In this document: positions 60,653 to 63,886 of the stretch, one piece after another
Layout: every line of letters starts with the position of its first letter
Numbering within the stretch: the first letter of the stretch is position 1
Assembly (NCBI RefSeq): GCF_035594765.1
Contig: NW_026943824.1
Coordinates: 1,250,164 to 1,314,049, forward strand
Direction: 5' to 3'
Length of the DNA stretch: 63,886 bases
Source: Anolis carolinensis
Lineage: Eukaryota
Notes under the pieces: model-generated
The model's input: only the letters and a program-made list of their open reading frames with translations
Database searches by the model: none
What the model was told of the DNA's origin: nothing
Program-made: the position numbers and the translations under genes

Positions 60653-62060
60653 TACTATTATTAAACAGTATAATTTCTCCAGTGGTGTGGAGTGTGGACA
60701 TCCTGTGATAATGCTGACTTCCTTCTCTCTCGCCCCTCCTGTCCATCCCTTTTAGGTGCCAAAAGTGGACTACTTTGATTTCTCCAAGCTTGATCTGCTC
60801 GATCAGCGTTGCTTCATCCAAGCGGCGGACCTTCTCATGGCGGACTTCAAAATGCTGAGCAGTCAGGATATCAAGTGGGCTCTGCACGAACTCAAGGGAC
60901 ACTATGCAATCACAAGAAAGGTACCTCCCTGGATCCAACTAGGTTTTCTTTGGTGTTGGGAAAAAGATGTACTCTCTAGGTGAATCCTAGAATCATTGGG
61001 TTCAAAAAGACCCCAAAGGCCAATCCAGTCCAACCCCCTTCTGCTGGGCAGGAAAAGCACAATCAAAGCACCCCCAACAGATGGCCACTCAGCCTGTGTT
61101 GTAATCATCATCATCATCATCATCAGCCTTTGTTGTAGTAGTACAGTAGAGTCTCACTTATCCAAGACTTGCTTATTTAAGGTTCTGGATTATCCAAAGC
61201 ATTTTTGCTTGAACTTTTTTTTTATTTTTACTTTGTCTCCAGGCCTTTTCTGATGCCATCAAAAAATGGCAGGAGCTGTCACCTGAAACCAGTGGCAAGC
61301 GGAAGCGGAGGAAAGAAATGAACCAGTATTCCTTCATAGACTTCAAATTTGAGCAAGGTGAGAAGTCACTATGTGGATAGTCTTTTTAGTCAGATAGTCA
61401 AGTGGGGTTTATATATCTGTGGAATGGTGTCCAAGAAAGAACTCTTGTCTCTTTGAGGCAGGTGTGAATGTTGCTATTAGCCACCTTGATTAGCATGGAA
61501 TATCCTTGCAGTTTGAAAGCCTGGCTGCTTCCCGCCTGGGGGAATCCTTTGTTGGGAGGTGTTAGCTGGCCTTGACTGTTTCTTGTCTGGATCAGAGTTG
61601 GAGTCTCAAAAGAGGTTGCTTTGCAAAGGTTGCCGTTCTGTATGCAGCGTGTGCTTTCCCGCTCCCTCTTTCCTTTTTCATTAAAGGAATTTTTTGTATT
61701 AACCTGCCAGCCATTCTTTGCCATAATGTTTCAGGCGATATGAAAATCGAGAAGCGCATGTTCTTCTTGGAGAACAAGAGGCGGCACTTCAGGAGCTACG
61801 ACGCCCTCGCTCTCCTCCCGGCCGTGCAGATGGAACGGGAGTTTTATGAGCAGAAAATAAAAGAAATGGCAGAGGTAAGTAGGAAGGCCTTAATTCCTGG
61901 GTTTTGAAGATTTTGTGGCAACTGAGGCTGGGTGAGTTGTGTTTCCCCTTAGGTGTTAATATCCATCCATACGTTGCCGTAGTGCACATTGTTGCTCCTC
62001 TCTTTTCAGCATGCAGATTTTCTCCTCGCTCTGCAGATGAATGAAGAACAGTATCAAAAA
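55260..62060 (+). CDS. RNF216: RING finger protein 216 (TRIAD3) RBR E3 ligase, first 558 codons; continues beyond right edge
   Basis: [108 protein letters not shown]; phases consistent. Confidence 0.95.
55514..56169. mobile_element. PIF/Harbinger-type MITE with nested L2 tail and SINE (~55641-56085)
   Basis: TAA|GGGTGCGTCTGCACTGT ... ACAGTGTAGATGCACGC|TAG imperfect TIRs. Confidence 0.55.
56446..56582 (+). CDS. RNF216: RNF216 exon 3
   Basis: [21 protein letters not shown]...DDDVVILME|gtaaat. Confidence 0.9.
57234..58052 (+). CDS. RNF216: RNF216 exon 4 (819 nt)
   Basis: [19 protein letters not shown]...LDHPYFQ...GPAFP...ALLVRET|gtaata. Confidence 0.9.
58125..58815 (+). mobile_element. Three 5'-truncated R4/Dong non-LTR retrotransposons in (TAA)n
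   Basis: [29 protein letters not shown]...[17 protein letters not shown] (restriction-like endonuclease C-terminus); copies ~58125-58260, 58321-58615, 58672-58815, each bordered by (TAA)n. Confidence 0.8.
59245..59321 (+). CDS. RNF216: RNF216 exon 5
   Basis: [25 protein letters not shown]|gtaagt. Confidence 0.9.
59782..59884 (+). CDS. RNF216: RNF216 exon 6 (GC donor)
   Basis: [34 protein letters not shown]|gcgagt. Confidence 0.88.
60756..60920 (+). CDS. RNF216: RNF216 exon 7
   Basis: [11 protein letters not shown]...[11 protein letters not shown]|gtacct. Confidence 0.93.
61243..61357 (+). CDS. RNF216: RNF216 exon 8
   Basis: [38 protein letters not shown]|gtgaga. Confidence 0.93.
61735..61874 (+). 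CDS. RNF216: RNF216 exon 9
   Basis: [17 protein letters not shown]...[11 protein letters not shown]|gtaagt. Confidence 0.93.
62010..62060 (+). CDS. RNF216: RNF216 exon 10
   Basis: [17 protein letters not shown]|gtaagt. Confidence 0.92.
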
Positions 62061-62073
62061 GTAAGTTCAGTTT

Positions 62074-62821
62074 CTTTTTTTTTTCTTTTTTTTTTTAAAG
62101 TAAATTTTTATTAAAGTTTCAAATAACATTTACAACAAAAATGTGAGAACGAAAAGGGGGAAAGGGTGGGGGAAGTGGATGGAAATAAAGAGAAGAAAGA
62201 GGGACAAAAGAGTACGAAAGTTAGAAGGAGGGGACAAACAAAGAAAAAAAAAAAAAAAACAACCTTAANNNNNNNNNNNNNNNNNNNNNNNNNNNNNNNN
62301 NNNNNNNNNNNNNNNNNNNNNNNNNNNNNNNNNNNNNNNNNNNNNNNNNNNNNNNNNNNNNNNNNNNNNNNNNNNNNNNNNNNNNNNNNNNNNNNNNNNN
62401 NNNNNCAAAACTACAAATCAAACAAATAATAAAATTGACTTCCATCTCTTACACAGATTCTTTACATCTTCTTACATTTGATCTATTTCCACTATATATT
62501 CATTTAAATTAACATCATCATTTGCTTTTCTCTTAGAAAGTTCTTTATCAAGTCCCAATTTGTTTGCCTTTTTGGTATGCCATTATTATTTTTTAGTAGA
62601 TACGTCAATTTGTCCATATTCATAATTTCCAACACCTTGTTTAACCAGCAGCTTAGCTCAGGTATTTCTTTATTTTTCCAATGTTTGGCATATGTCATTC
62701 TTGCCACCGTTGTGAGATAATTAAACAGAATTTCTTTATTTTTATCTTTTTCGATATTGAGCATCCCCAAAAGAAAATACTTTGGGTCCAGTTCTACCTT
62801 AATCTGCAAGTTCAGTTTCAT
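62074..62821 (-). mobile_element. L1-clade LINE 3' end (gap at 62269-62405)
   Basis: ELDPKYFLLG...ARMTYAKHWKNKEIP..W ORF2 C-terminus; poly-T on the plus strand at ~62074-62096. Confidence 0.75.
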
Positions 62822-63059
62822 AAGCAGAGACTTCCATTTCAGACTCTGAGAGAAAACAACATTTTCCTAATTTGAGAGGAGGAGGAGGAGAGGGTGGGTT
62901 GCCTCATTAATCTTTGTGTCGTGAATGAACTTGTCGGGTTTGATAGGCAATAGCGTGCTTTGAATGTGATTTCCTGCTTCTTGGCAGAATGAGGTTGGAC
63001 TGGATGGCCCATGAGGTTGTGTACTCCGCCTGTCTTGGTTTCGTGGAGGCTAAAAATGC

Positions 63060-63725
63060 CCCAAACTGAGGACAGAACGTGGAAGTGGCCATAATCCCAC
63101 CTGTGGTTTTGGAAAATTGGCATGTTTTAGTGTCACACAATATATTTACGCCAATGGGAGGAGATATGGGTAAAAAAGCTAAGACGGGCCTACGCTACGG
63201 AAATGAAAGAGAATTGGTATAAAATGTTCCCTATGTGGTACTTGACACCAAATAAGCTTGCAAAAATTAATAGAGGGAAAACCCAGGGAACATGCTGGAA
63301 ATGTGGAAAGCACACCAGCACCTTTCTCCACATGTAGTTGGAATGCAAGAAGATCAAAAATTTTTTGACAAGAAATACATAAAAAGGTAATAAAAAATCA
63401 TACAAAAAATTGAATTTAAGCCAGAATGCTTTTTATTAGGGATTATCGATACACAGATAGATAAAAATACAGACAGACTAATATTCTATCTCACCATGGC
63501 AGCGAGAATAGTGCTGGCACAACTATGGAAATCAGAAGAAATACCCAGTATGGAGAAATGGCTCAATAAAGTAATGGACGTGATGAATATGGACTTACTA
63601 ACAGAAAAACTAGCACAGGATAGAGCATCAAACAATAAAACGGATTGGAAACGGATGAAAGAATACTTACAAAAAGAGAAAATTAATTTCTATATAAATA
63701 TGGGCTGGGTTTTTTTTTTTTGTAT
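63060..63725 (+). mobile_element. L1-clade LINE ORF2 C-terminal fragment (degenerate)
   Basis: ENWYKMFPMWYLTPNKL...CWKCGKHTSTFLHM*LEC zinc-knuckle with in-frame stop; ARIVLAQLWKSEEIP downstream. Confidence 0.75.
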
Positions 63726-63886
63726 GTGTGTTGGATGTTTACGCTGTCAGTTTCTTCTCTTTTTTCTTTCCTTTTCCTGTTCAAGATTGTTATTCACTCT
63801 GTGTGTCGAGGTCACATATTCCCTCCCTGTTTCCCATCTTCCTGATCTTGACCATTACCCTGGCCAAGATGTCATGTGTGTGTATT

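Overview
Vertebrate genomic DNA, most likely an Anolis-type squamate (inferred from a full-length Sauria SINE and the repeat landscape). There are four protein-coding loci, identified by recalled homology and reading-frame/splice-phase consistency. (1) The 5' end of the superfast masticatory myosin MYH16 on the minus strand: five coding exons, plus a probable TATA box and non-coding first exon; the gene runs off the left edge. (2) A complete SMURF1 HECT E3 ligase gene on the plus strand: 18 coding exons, 2202 nt, 733 aa, CpG-island promoter and ~3.5 kb 3'UTR. (3) An intronless urotensin-II-receptor-like GPCR on the minus strand, probably a paralogue absent from mammals. (4) The 5' half of RNF216/TRIAD3 on the plus strand: nine coding exons, including a GC-AG intron; the gene runs off the right edge. 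Intergenic and intronic DNA holds many TE remnants (Sauria and other SINEs, L1, L2, CR1, Rex1/Babar, R4/Dong in (TAA)n, Penelope-like pieces with a degenerate hammerhead ribozyme, Helitron-type elements, Tc1/pogo, hAT, Harbinger and Chapaev3-like MITEs), several tandem arrays and four N gaps. I found no convincing wholly new system. The best leads are the extra UTS2R paralogue and its synteny, the apparent absence of KPNA7, the hammerhead remnant, uORFs on both E3 ligases, and a CRISPR-looking repeat array in SMURF1 intron 1.
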